Positions 10,429 through 20,000 of a stretch of DNA of 55,311 bases are shown one piece after another; position 1 is the first letter of the stretch, and every line of letters starts with the position of its first letter. Location: positions 1-55,311 of IMG/VR virus record IMGVR_UViG_3300044846_001238; one strand, given 5' to 3'. Below the pieces are notes generated by a model that searched no databases, had not been told where the DNA came from, and saw only the letters and a list, made by a program, of their open reading frames with translations. A program made the position numbers and the translations under genes. This DNA is from a virus. Its lineage: Duplodnaviria; Caudoviricetes.

Positions 10429-10934
10429 TATGGCACCGCTAGAGTTAGGTCCATATTTACGATTTGAAATCCGCCCTCAGGCTCAGAAACATCAACTGTA
10501 GCAATGACGCCAAGACCATAGCTGCCATCGTCCCATTGATCAAATAGGTTTAGGGATTCCATAAGAACCCAAGCATCAATAGCAGATACCGAGGAAGCTA
10601 GTTCGATTTTTTCTGCAGATGGAGGTCTACCGTTTTGCCCTACAACAGGAACTGCACGAGCAATAGTGATAGTTACGGTGGCGGTTCTTGGCATGTTACA
10701 TCTTTGAGGGTCACCCACCTGTGAGCCTGGAGCACCTAGATACATGCTGTTGAATGAGACCACAACTTGGTCGCAGTCAATAGCTGGGGTACCTAGGGTC
10801 CAATAGCGTCTTGCTGGTAGCTGGACATTGTATGACTGAAAGACGGTACATACCTTTTCAAGTATGCCGTCCATCATATACTTTAGATTTAATGCATCCT
10901 CGGATACATCACTAATGTCCGTTGCTATACCCAC
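10428..10934 (-). CDS. Putative tail terminator / head-tail completion protein
   Basis: 168 aa with GTG start, between the adaptor and gp10-like genes. Contains PAIDCDQVVVS and PEGG motifs. Function assigned by synteny. Confidence 0.55.
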   Translation of the reverse strand: MGIATDISDVSEDALNLKYMMDGILEKVCTVFQSYNVQLPARRYWTLGTPAIDCDQVVVSFNSMYLGAPGSQVGDPQRCNMPRTATVTITIARAVPVVGQNGRPPSAEKIELASSVSAIDAWVLMESLNLFDQWDDGSYGLGVIATVDVSEPEGGFQIVNMDLTLAVP

Positions 10935-10937
10935 AGA

Positions 10938-11141
10938 TTACTCCTCGGTTGACTCTGGAGCGTCTTCTACAACAACCTCAGGCTCAACTACTGGCTCTTC
11001 AACCACTACTGGCTCTTCGACAACAGCCTCAACCTTTGGTGTAACTTTTTTAGCAGCAGGCTTAACAACCTCAACTACGGCTTCCACCTTAGCTGGGCCA
11101 CCTAGCATGTCTACTGCTCGGAAGTTTGTTTGAACTGACAT
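10938..11141 (-). CDS. Small acidic Val/Glu/Pro-rich hypothetical protein
   Basis: Fills the gap exactly; purine-rich leader before the ATG; VVEEP repeats. Confidence 0.7.
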   Translation of the reverse strand: MSVQTNFRAVDMLGGPAKVEAVVEVVKPAAKKVTPKVEAVVEEPVVVEEPVVEPEVVVEDAPESTEE

Positions 11142-11153
11142 ATTCTCTTCTTT

Positions 11154-12266
11154 CTAACTATATAGCTTGATCTGGAGGTTTCCAGTTTCAAGTTCTGATA
11201 CGGTCTGAACGCCACCAATTACTTTAGTAGCATACAGAGTCCATGACCCTGGGTCATACATACCCACGGTCTTGTAGGCGTCATCATAAGAAATACTAAA
11301 AGTAACTTTCTCATTTATAACGTCTACAACAATATTACTTGAATCGATGTCAAGTGACTTGCCTCCAGAGTTGTTTCTGATGGTCAAGAGAGGAGCCCAG
11401 CCAACTTCGTCAAAGAAAATTGTTACGTCAGAGCCAGCTGCCTCAGATGAATCCCAAGTCGCAGGTGTGTTTCTGACAACACTTATGTCGAACTCAGCGT
11501 TTGCTACAATCGGAGCGTCTTTAGGGTTTGTCCTACGTGCTCTAGGAATGTCAGGAGAAAACACCCTAGACTTGGCTCTAGCTTTGTCTGGGTTTACAGT
11601 CTTTAGGAATAAGTCAACCGCGTACAGTCCAGTACGCATTTCTTCAATAAAGTCTTGGCTATCTAGCAAAGTGTAAGAAACACCTTGACGAGAGATAGAC
11701 GTTACACGCTGAGGAAGGGCGCAGTCATCGTCACCGTTCCAAAGTTTGCAGAACTCCATGGCTAGAGTACGGGCAGCCATCTTTCCTACAGCTGGGACAG
11801 GAGAGCCGTAGGTGTATGTAATCTCTGTGTTACAAGGAGTCCAAGGAACTCCAGCCGCAGCTTGGATAACTGCGTGGTCTACCAAGTAGTAACTGCTTGG
11901 GTCTAGAATACGTCCATCGCGGGTACGTACAGTGTGGATTTTAGTGATTGGACGCCCACGTAGACGGATTCTAGACTCGGGAGAGAGACCGTCCGAAACC
12001 AACTCAGCGTATTCCTGAAAGTCGGTAATCGGAATGTTGTAAACTTCACCGGCAATAAGTGTGCCGTAATAGTTCTTGGAAGATGGCCCCATGCGGTAAG
12101 CACGCTTAGCACAGACGTAACGCTCGGTTACGGTGACTTCTCCAGTGTATTTACGTCCAGACATAGCCCACATAAGGTATGACGCAGTTTCAGCCGCCTC
12201 CTGAGCAAACTCAGTGTCGGCATACGCTCCCAGCTCTGCTGGCTGGATCCATAAAGAAGTTCCCAT
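11154..12266 (-). CDS. Head-to-tail adaptor
   Basis: A..ASYLMWAMSGRKY...ITYTYG..P..GK.AA..LA.E...CALPQRVTSISRQGVS...TGLYAVDLFL..VNP pattern, as in actinophage adaptors. Carries an extra C-terminal domain. Confidence 0.85.
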   Translation of the reverse strand: MGTSLWIQPAELGAYADTEFAQEAAETASYLMWAMSGRKYTGEVTVTERYVCAKRAYRMGPSSKNYYGTLIAGEVYNIPITDFQEYAELVSDGLSPESRIRLRGRPITKIHTVRTRDGRILDPSSYYLVDHAVIQAAAGVPWTPCNTEITYTYGSPVPAVGKMAARTLAMEFCKLWNGDDDCALPQRVTSISRQGVSYTLLDSQDFIEEMRTGLYAVDLFLKTVNPDKARAKSRVFSPDIPRARRTNPKDAPIVANAEFDISVVRNTPATWDSSEAAGSDVTIFFDEVGWAPLLTIRNNSGGKSLDIDSSNIVVDVINEKVTFSISYDDAYKTVGMYDPGSWTLYATKVIGGVQTVSELETGNLQIKLYS

Positions 12267-12288
12267 AATATCTTCCTAGATATGAGTT

Positions 12289-12331
12289 AGGCGGCGTACC
12301 GGCATGACTTGCATACCAAGGCACGCCGCCT
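12289..12331 (-). terminator. Long GC-rich hairpin downstream of the major tail gene (terminator or processing site)
   Basis: Minus-strand AGGCGGCGUGCC...GGUACGCCGCCU stem with an inner GGUAUG/CAUGCC stem; no U-tract. Confidence 0.6.
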
Positions 12332-12345
12332 TCATCAATCGTTTG

Positions 12346-13668
12346 TTACGCGGTTGGGTTCTCGTTCGAGTTAATAACTCGGTCAACGCTCAAGTCTGGG
12401 TTGAAGTCCTTGTTTCCAGGGACGTTGTATCCAGTAGTTGAGCTAGTTAGAGATCCAACAGAGGCTACAGCACCGTTAGGTGATGTAATTGTTGTGATGT
12501 TTGCTCTGTTAATTGCAACTGTAGCACGGTCGTTGAATGTGAATGTGTTAGAAGTTACACTATCAATTGTGGCTGTTGTGTTGAAGAAGTTGCGAACAGC
12601 TGCACCACTAGAAGTAGCTGATGTTACGTTTGCAGCAACCTTAGCGTAAGTGAATGTCTTAGCTCCAGTATCTACACCAGTAACAGTGTAAACACCGTTG
12701 AATGTAGCATCTACACCAGTAACAGTAACTGTGTCATCAACAGCAAGCTGGTTAGCAGTTAGGGCAGATACAGTCAATGTAGCAACGTTAGATGTTAGAG
12801 CCTTGTTAGTCACAACTAGAGCAGCTTCAGCACCACTAATAGTTACTGACTGGTTCACAGCAAAGCTGTGTGCAGCTGTTGTAGTAACAGTAGCAACGTT
12901 AGAAGTCAATGCAACAGATGCAATTTCAGCACTGATACCATCTAGGTTAGTTACATCGTTGTAGGTTCTGTCCTCAGCTGAGCCTTCGCCAACGTAGTTC
13001 CATGTGTAGAAACCAGCTAGACCAACAGGTGCCCAAGTAGTACGAGCATAGCTGTAAGGACGCTCAGCAGCAACTGGGAACTCCCAGTAGCCATCAGGAC
13101 CGCTACCGAACTGAGTGTTTCCTAGGCCGTAGCCTTCGAAAGTAGTCGCAAGCATACCGTTTTCAATAACACGGTCACCTGACTGACGTAGCTTAGCGTA
13201 TGGGAATACCCAGTGGAAGTAAGGAAGAGTAGTGCTCTTCTTTCCATCCTTGATTGCGTGTGACCATACTTCGATAGAGACACCAAAGCCTGAAGGGTCG
13301 TCACCAACAGCTGGTGATGCCCAACCGACAGACTTGTTGTCTGGGCTAGCGAAGGTTCCAAGGTTCTTGCGAAGTAGCAAACCACCTGAAATCAGGTTAG
13401 AGATTTCTGGGTCTGGCTCACAAATAGCGAGTTCCATGGTGATACGCTTTAGTACGTCTGGAGACTTGTAAGTCACACAAACGATACCGTTAGCGTTCTT
13501 TTCGGTGATTTCGTCACCTTCTTCGTATTCTGGAGTGAAAGATACACGCATGAAAGCTGACGTTACGTAGCTATCACCCGGACCGTTCAATAGGTTGCCA
13601 GCTGCGTCTAGGCGGGTGACACGGATCGACACACCTTGAATGCTGGCTGCATATTCTTGAGTAGCCAT
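12346..13668 (-). CDS. Major tail (tube) protein with C-terminal beta-rich accessory domains
   Basis: IRVTRLDAAG...VSFTPEYEEGDEITEKNANG.VCV...DPE...EVWS...YFHWVFP pattern typical of actinophage tail tubes. AAGGAG RBS. Confidence 0.88.
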   Translation of the reverse strand: MATQEYAASIQGVSIRVTRLDAAGNLLNGPGDSYVTSAFMRVSFTPEYEEGDEITEKNANGIVCVTYKSPDVLKRITMELAICEPDPEISNLISGGLLLRKNLGTFASPDNKSVGWASPAVGDDPSGFGVSIEVWSHAIKDGKKSTTLPYFHWVFPYAKLRQSGDRVIENGMLATTFEGYGLGNTQFGSGPDGYWEFPVAAERPYSYARTTWAPVGLAGFYTWNYVGEGSAEDRTYNDVTNLDGISAEIASVALTSNVATVTTTAAHSFAVNQSVTISGAEAALVVTNKALTSNVATLTVSALTANQLAVDDTVTVTGVDATFNGVYTVTGVDTGAKTFTYAKVAANVTSATSSGAAVRNFFNTTATIDSVTSNTFTFNDRATVAINRANITTITSPNGAVASVGSLTSSTTGYNVPGNKDFNPDLSVDRVINSNENPTA

Positions 13669-13689
13669 TTAGCTATTCTCCTTATTTGT

Positions 13690-14781
13690 TTAGGCTGTTA
13701 GATCGACTCTGACAGCTAGGTGGATTGACGTATCAAAATAAACCGCCGCTGGGCGAACTGCTTTGAGACGCATGTCATTTGCGTTGCCCGACACATCGTA
13801 AGCTTGTGCCAAGTTATCATTTACTACATCGATATCGCCCACGTAAGTGCGGACAGTACCAGTTGCGTAAATCCATTTTGCAGAGTTGGTTCCCAACTGC
13901 TGAATAAAACCAGTTACCGCTTCCTGAGAACGGTTAGTGGCGCTTGCAATAGTAATTGTTACTGTGTCAGCGTCGACTTTAGTGACGACTGCTGTAGAAG
14001 TAGAGGACTGATTGATGTTTGCTCCAACAACAGAGTAGCGAACAGTGTCACCTGCAAGTAGGTAGTGGTCGCCTGCTGTGTTGATAGTTAGCGTAGTGCT
14101 ACCGCTGATAGTTGCAGTAGCAACAGAAATACGAGGGCCGTTACCAGTGTAGCCACCACCAACAACGACAGGTGTTCCACCCATAGTTTGTAGGTGGTCT
14201 TTGTCAGTCTCGTGGAAAAGCATGTTTGAGTTGCTTGAAAGAAGAGCAACTACATCGCGAGTTGCGTGGATGATTCCTTGCTCGCCAGCATCTGATGCCA
14301 GACCAATACCATTTTCTAGCACTGCCAAAGCACGCTTTGATGCAAGCCCTGAACCATCTAGTACGGTAACACCAGAAGAAACTAGAGCACGGTTAGGGTG
14401 GTTTTCGCCAATTCGGATAGCTCCGTCCCAAAGCTCCTGCTCTATGCCATTCTGAGTAACTGCTTCAAGTTGACGCTTAATGCGCTCAATACGGTCTAGT
14501 CCTAGAAATCCAAAAGTAGAGCGGTACTCTTCCGCTTCAATAAAGAAAGGGTCAATTTTAGTAAAATAATTAGGAACACCTGGAGCTACAAGTACAGAGC
14601 TAGTGGTATCAGTGTCATCCCAGTTTGTAGCTGAGTAAAGTTCAGTTTCATACTCCTGTGAAAAACCACGAATCCACATGTCTTCGTCAGCTGAATTCTC
14701 AGGCTTTACTACAGCGAGTAGGCCAAAAGCGGAGGGCACAATCTTCGGTGCCTCTACAACGCCATTCTTTGGAAAAGCCAT
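13690..14781 (-). CDS. Second capsid protein (probable pentamer/vertex-type), with inserted beta domain
   Basis: Immediately follows the major capsid gene. It has capsid-like motifs EQELWDG, GIIHAT, TMGGTPVVVGGGY, WIYATG and ND..LKAVR, and recalls the hexamer/pentamer gene pairs of some mycobacteriophages (from memory, not searched). Confidence 0.6.
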   Translation of the reverse strand: MAFPKNGVVEAPKIVPSAFGLLAVVKPENSADEDMWIRGFSQEYETELYSATNWDDTDTTSSVLVAPGVPNYFTKIDPFFIEAEEYRSTFGFLGLDRIERIKRQLEAVTQNGIEQELWDGAIRIGENHPNRALVSSGVTVLDGSGLASKRALAVLENGIGLASDAGEQGIIHATRDVVALLSSNSNMLFHETDKDHLQTMGGTPVVVGGGYTGNGPRISVATATISGSTTLTINTAGDHYLLAGDTVRYSVVGANINQSSTSTAVVTKVDADTVTITIASATNRSQEAVTGFIQQLGTNSAKWIYATGTVRTYVGDIDVVNDNLAQAYDVSGNANDMRLKAVRPAAVYFDTSIHLAVRVDLTA

Positions 14782-14819
14782 CTTTCAAATCCTTAGTTTA
14801 AAGTATTAGTCCTATTGCG

Positions 14820-14845
14820 GGGGTGACCTCTGAAGAGGCCACCCC
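14820..14845 (-). terminator. Hairpin after the major capsid gene (partial terminator / mRNA stabiliser)
   Basis: Minus strand GGGGUGGCCUC-UUCA-GAGGUCACCCC, an 11-bp stem 20 nt after the stop codon; no U-tract. Confidence 0.65.
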
Positions 14846-14865
14846 AACAACTAGGGGTTTATCGA

Positions 14866-16884
14866 TTAAAGCTCGATAGTAGCTGCGGCAGTGTTGCCAG
14901 TGGTGTCGCGCAGAGCTGCTGCAACACCGTTGATGCTGATTGTTGAAGTGATAGCGAGAGACTCGATACCAACCTTCGCAATACCTTCGAAGGTTTCAAT
15001 GAACATCTTGTAGTCGTTTGTGCCAACAAGAGTGCTGTCACGAATGATTCCAAGGTCCAAAGTTCCACCATCTAGGAATAGGAAGGTACCTTCTGCAAAC
15101 AAGAACCACTTGAAGCTGTCTGGGAACTCAAGCAACGCAGCTGCACCCTGTGATCCGAATACGGATGAAGGTGAAGTGCTGTTTGTGTTGTCTAGAACAG
15201 GAGTAAGTGATACGTTTACGTGTGATAGGTAGCCATCGATCTCAGACTTGCTAAGAGCGATAGTTCCATCTCCAGGCATTGACAGGGTCAAGTCAGCTGC
15301 CATAGCGTCGTAAACCCAGATTGGGATTACAGCCTGTAGCTGAGTGTTTGGGTCAATGCGGTGACGTGAACGGTAAGCAACAGCAGCGCGACGGATCTGA
15401 ACTAGGAAGTCACGACCAAAACCGATTAGGTTTGTGGTTGTAACAGCAGTTGAACCTGCGTTGATCTTGCTAACTAGATACTCTTCAGCTTCGCGAGCGT
15501 GCTGTACTAGAGCAAGTTCGTTGTGACGAGCAATCAACTCTGGGTAAGCACGAGTCATCAAGTTACCGAACTGTAGCTGTAGTGTTACAGCGTCAGTCTG
15601 AGCGGTCTGCTCTGCTGCTGCGGTTACAGTTAGAGAGCTCTTGGCTGCTGGGCTAGGAGTTGTTGCTGAGTCGTTAGCTGAAGTCCACACGTCGACTGCA
15701 CCGGCGTAGCTGCCGTCTGCAAAGCTAGGTGGGGTTACGTAACGGACACCACCACGGTCAGCCTGGAACTTCGGAAGTGAATCGCGAAGTGGGCGGACTG
15801 TAGTAGAACCAACACCATAGATGTCATACTTAACTTCGAACGGCGCAGCGTGTCCACCAGAAGCAACAAGTGCCTCCTGGCCTACAACAGCGTTGATCTT
15901 AGCTTGGTTTTCTTCTGGGTTAGTTGAGAGGGTTCTTTCCTCTGGGTACTGAGTGGTTAGGGAAGCAACGATGTGCTGCTCTCCGTCTCCACCGTTGACA
16001 CGACGTAGAGAATGAATTCTCTTTTCCATAGCAGATGCTACTTCGTACATGTCTCTGATTTCGGTGCCAGCTGTGTAACCTGGGATGTCAGCACCAGCGG
16101 TAATTGCTACCTTAGCTGGCTCTGAAACCTGAATTACAGGCTGACGGTCAGCTGGAGCTTGGAAGCTCTCTTCTGCTGCTGCGGTCACTGGGGCCTGCTC
16201 TTTCTGCTCTTCTGGAGCGGTTTCGGTTTCTGTTTGGATTTCTTCAGTAGCAAATTCTGCTACGTCAGGGGTGGTTTCTACAACCTCGGTATCTACCACA
16301 ACTGCGGCTTCAACTTGGACATCGGCTACAACAGCCTCTGCCACTGGTACTTCGGATACTACTTCTTCAGTAGCAACTTCGGCTGGCACTTCGACATCGT
16401 TAGATGACTCTGAACCTTCTACCGCATCAACAGACGCAACGACAGACTCGGTGGTGGAATAGGACTTCATGTCTTTCTTCTTCTTTTCCTCGTCCTCTGT
16501 AGCAGATGCTGCTTCGTCCATGTCTTCAGGCATTTCCTCTTCAGGCATGTCTTCTTCAGGCATTTCTTCAACTGGGGCGGCAGGCTCTTCAGAAACATCT
16601 TCTGAAGGCATTTCGCCATCCATCTGCTCACCCTCGCCTTTGACACGCATGGCAGCTTCAGCAGCTCTCGCAGAGAGCTCTTGGAATTCTGCCTCACGGC
16701 GCTGGACTTCAGAACGTACTGTGTCCAACATGTCAGCAAGGGATGTCATAGCGTCAACTGTTTCAGCGGTAGGGTCTTGTGTCTCATACGACTCAAATTC
16801 GCCAACAATAGCTTCCTGTAGAGCTGCGACTTGTTCGTCGTTAAGCTCGGCAAGGCTATCTACTTGCGATCTAATCTGATCCAC
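14866..16884 (-). CDS. Major capsid protein with long acidic N-terminal (scaffold/delta-like) extension
   Basis: GTG start with AAGGAGG RBS. About 250 aa coiled-coil/acidic N-terminus, then ALVASGG..AP, DSLPKFQADRGGVRY, YPELIA, FLFAEGTF..LDGGTLDLGIIRDSTLVGTNDYKMF.E.FEG. Confidence 0.9.
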   Translation of the reverse strand: MDQIRSQVDSLAELNDEQVAALQEAIVGEFESYETQDPTAETVDAMTSLADMLDTVRSEVQRREAEFQELSARAAEAAMRVKGEGEQMDGEMPSEDVSEEPAAPVEEMPEEDMPEEEMPEDMDEAASATEDEEKKKKDMKSYSTTESVVASVDAVEGSESSNDVEVPAEVATEEVVSEVPVAEAVVADVQVEAAVVVDTEVVETTPDVAEFATEEIQTETETAPEEQKEQAPVTAAAEESFQAPADRQPVIQVSEPAKVAITAGADIPGYTAGTEIRDMYEVASAMEKRIHSLRRVNGGDGEQHIVASLTTQYPEERTLSTNPEENQAKINAVVGQEALVASGGHAAPFEVKYDIYGVGSTTVRPLRDSLPKFQADRGGVRYVTPPSFADGSYAGAVDVWTSANDSATTPSPAAKSSLTVTAAAEQTAQTDAVTLQLQFGNLMTRAYPELIARHNELALVQHAREAEEYLVSKINAGSTAVTTTNLIGFGRDFLVQIRRAAVAYRSRHRIDPNTQLQAVIPIWVYDAMAADLTLSMPGDGTIALSKSEIDGYLSHVNVSLTPVLDNTNSTSPSSVFGSQGAAALLEFPDSFKWFLFAEGTFLFLDGGTLDLGIIRDSTLVGTNDYKMFIETFEGIAKVGIESLAITSTISINGVAAALRDTTGNTAAATIEL

Positions 16885-16989
16885 TGATCCTCCTTAAGGA
16901 CAGTTGAATAGGTGGATTTCACCTATTGCTTTCGGTCAAGGTAAAGGGACTTCATGCATAAAAACATGGAGGCACTCCACCTAGGTACA

Positions 16990-16995
16990 ATTTTA
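16990..16995 (-). promoter_or_regulatory. Putative -10 element (TAAAAT) upstream of the capsid gene leader
   Basis: TAAAAT with an A-rich upstream tract in the 135-bp intergenic gap. Confidence 0.45.
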
Positions 16996-17019
16996 CATTG
17001 TTTTTTGTTTTTCTATTAT

Positions 17020-20000
17020 TTAAGTTAGAAGGCGCAACATTCTTGCCATTTGAGAAGAGATGTCCGACTGACTGTATAAGTCAGATCCAGACATAAAGCC
17101 CTTTAGCTCTCTAGTGGCAATATCTGCGTCTTTTTTACCTAATTTCTTCTCAACCCGCTCAACCATAGTTTCCATGAGGTTTCGTAGGGCTGGAGGAAGA
17201 TCTGAGAACCGCACCTTTTGAGCCTGATTGGTAAAAGGCAGCGGTAAGTTGGAGATAACTTTTCCAAGTTCTGCCGCTGTTTTGCGGACATTCTCCAATG
17301 AAACATTATTTAGTGAACCCTCGTCTAGACGGTTTAGAAGGCTTAGCAGGTCTTGACCAGCTTGGGCTGCTTCTTCGTAGTTTCCAAGGCCGGTAATGTT
17401 CTCAACCTTTTTAACTTCGTCAACAACATCCTGAAGACCAGCAACCCCTAAGTCATCCTTAAGTCTGGCTAGAACCTGACGGAAACGTCCTTGAACGTCG
17501 CGTGGTTGGTTTTTGCCAGGAATAAACTTTGCTCGATCTTCAGACTCGTCTTTTGGGGTATCGAGCTCCTCGATAACAACATCTTCTACTAGATTAGGAG
17601 CTTCTTCAATAATCTCTTTTACTTCGTCTTCGACAGCAAAAGTAGCTTCTTTAATAGCCTCTAGCTTAGATCTTAGTTTCTCAGCACTTGCTGTTACTGC
17701 GTCAGAAGAAGCTGTCTTAAAGCTGTCTGGAATGAGGTGGCGGAAGTTAAGCTGGTGAGCACGCTTCATAATGTGCTTGCGTACATCTGCGCGGTCTGAC
17801 TTCTTTGAACGTCCGTAGGCTTGAATAGCATTCTTCAGGTCATCAACGTTACGAATAGGGTAAGAACCGTCTGGAAGAGCATGACCCTTCTTAGCTAGCT
17901 TTTCACGGTCATCACGGGAAATATAAGCAAACTCGGTTTTAGCCTCGTCTACCTTAGATTTAAGAGATGCTACTCTTGCCTGTAGTTCTTCTTTAGGGGT
18001 AGCAAACTTTTCAAGCTTTTCAATACGAGCAGACATTTCTGCAATTGGGTCAGCCTTCATCTTAGCTAGTGTTGCTGCTCCCGCTGCAACCAGAGCCATA
18101 ACAGCACCAGAAGCGACACGAGCACGTGCAATCGGGAAGCCAGGAACGTTGACCTGACATACAGCAACAAGCTCAAGACCACCACGGATTGGACGCCAGT
18201 CACCTGAAGGAGCAGAAGCACGAAGTGCACGAATCTGCTCAGGTGATGCTGATGGACGTAGTGCTCCAGATACCCAGATGCCGTAGGCGTCTTCGCCTGC
18301 GTGAACATCTGCAATAGCAGAGCCAGTGTCGTCGTAGTGCTTGACTGCATCCATAGCAGAGGCCTCCAGAGAAGCGTGACCACCAGCAAGAGTCAACTGA
18401 CCAACTGGAACATCGGTTCCAGCGTCAGTACGAACAACGCCAGTGTGGAAGTAAGAATAGTTGCTGCGTGAGCGTGGCGGCTTAGTGCCATAAGACATAC
18501 CGATGTGGTCGACATTCCAAGCAGCAATGTGACCGTACACTCTACCCATATCATCAACGGTAAGTGGTGTAGCCTGCTTTAGCTTAGGGTTGTTGAACCA
18601 CTCGGCTGGTGGGGTTACTGGGATTGCGCCAGCGACAATGCCGCAAGCAACTAGGGCTTGGGCGTCGGCGACGTCTGCGTCGTCGACATAGATTCCATCT
18701 GGAATCACGGTATCCTCCTTGTATGGTAGCGGATTTTCGTCAATTAGGGAGATAAAGCACTCCTGAAAAGCAGGCTTTGGTACTATTGTAGCAGCCATTA
18801 CACGGGCCTTATTTATACTAATTTTGCTCTTTGAAATTTCTTTATCTTTTTTATTGCCTTTCTTTCCAGCTTCCATATTTTCTGAATCTGAAAAGTCTTC
18901 TTGTTCTTCGGTCGCTTCAAACTGATCCATGTCAGCAGAAATACCTCTAATAAAGCCGTTTTTGATAAGCCTTTCGACTTCTTGGGCATAAGGTCCACTA
19001 TCTAGCACACCGTAGGCATTTCCCAGCCCTCTGTCGGTACGCTCTAGACGTTCGATTTTTCCAACAACAACGGAGCCGTCATGACCATTAGCGGTCTTGA
19101 TTTGCCATAGCAAAGGAAGAGGTAGGTCTCTCATTTGGATAGAGCCTTTTTTGAACTTTCTACCGTCGCCCGACTCAACGTTTTCTGGAATAAGAAGAGG
19201 GATGTAGAACTTAGCTCCCATGCCATCATTTGCAGATGCAGTCATAGAAACTCTTTGTTTGGCGTCTTCGGTTCTAGCAGTCATAGTTGCTGCAATTAGG
19301 ACCTGTGAAGTTGATGTTATATACTCGGTGCTGAACAAGCTTGGCTTACCTTTTTTACGTCCGTAGAGTTGACGGTTGCGTTTGTCACCAGTCCAAACAC
19401 CAGTCATTTCTTTGTGACGAAGGGCACAGTAGCCCTTGGATCTAGGTCCCATATATTTAGTCAACTGTCGAACACATCTAGTCCAGTCTCCACCGGTACC
19501 CCAGCGGACCTTTGCTGCACCCTTACCAACAGTCCAGTAACGACGAAGCTTTTCCGCATTGCCTCTGTTTTTGTCTAAACCGCCAGCGGCAGCCATAGCG
19601 AAAACTGCTTTGAAATTCTCGTCAAAAGTCATATTTTTGTCTAGATTTTCAATAAACTCAGGGCTGTAGGTATCAATGATTTCCTGCTTTGGCCCCCACA
19701 AAACCATAAGCAATTGGTCAGCCGAGAACACCCCTGATGCAGTGGTGGTTGACTTGTCTACTTGAAGCAATACGTCGTTCAAAATTTCAGAGGTTAGAGG
19801 TATAACTGGAGGTGGAGTTGCTGATTTAAAATCTTTAAGTATAGAGTCATCTCTTGTCCACTTATTATTTTCGCGCTTGTATGTCATCGGCTCAGTGGAA
19901 GTTGAGCTGGCAGGAACAATCGCAACCAAGTCTAAAACAGCACGAGGGTCGTCTTCAGCAACAATAGCCATATACAAAGGTTGAACGTCAGAAGTTTCTG

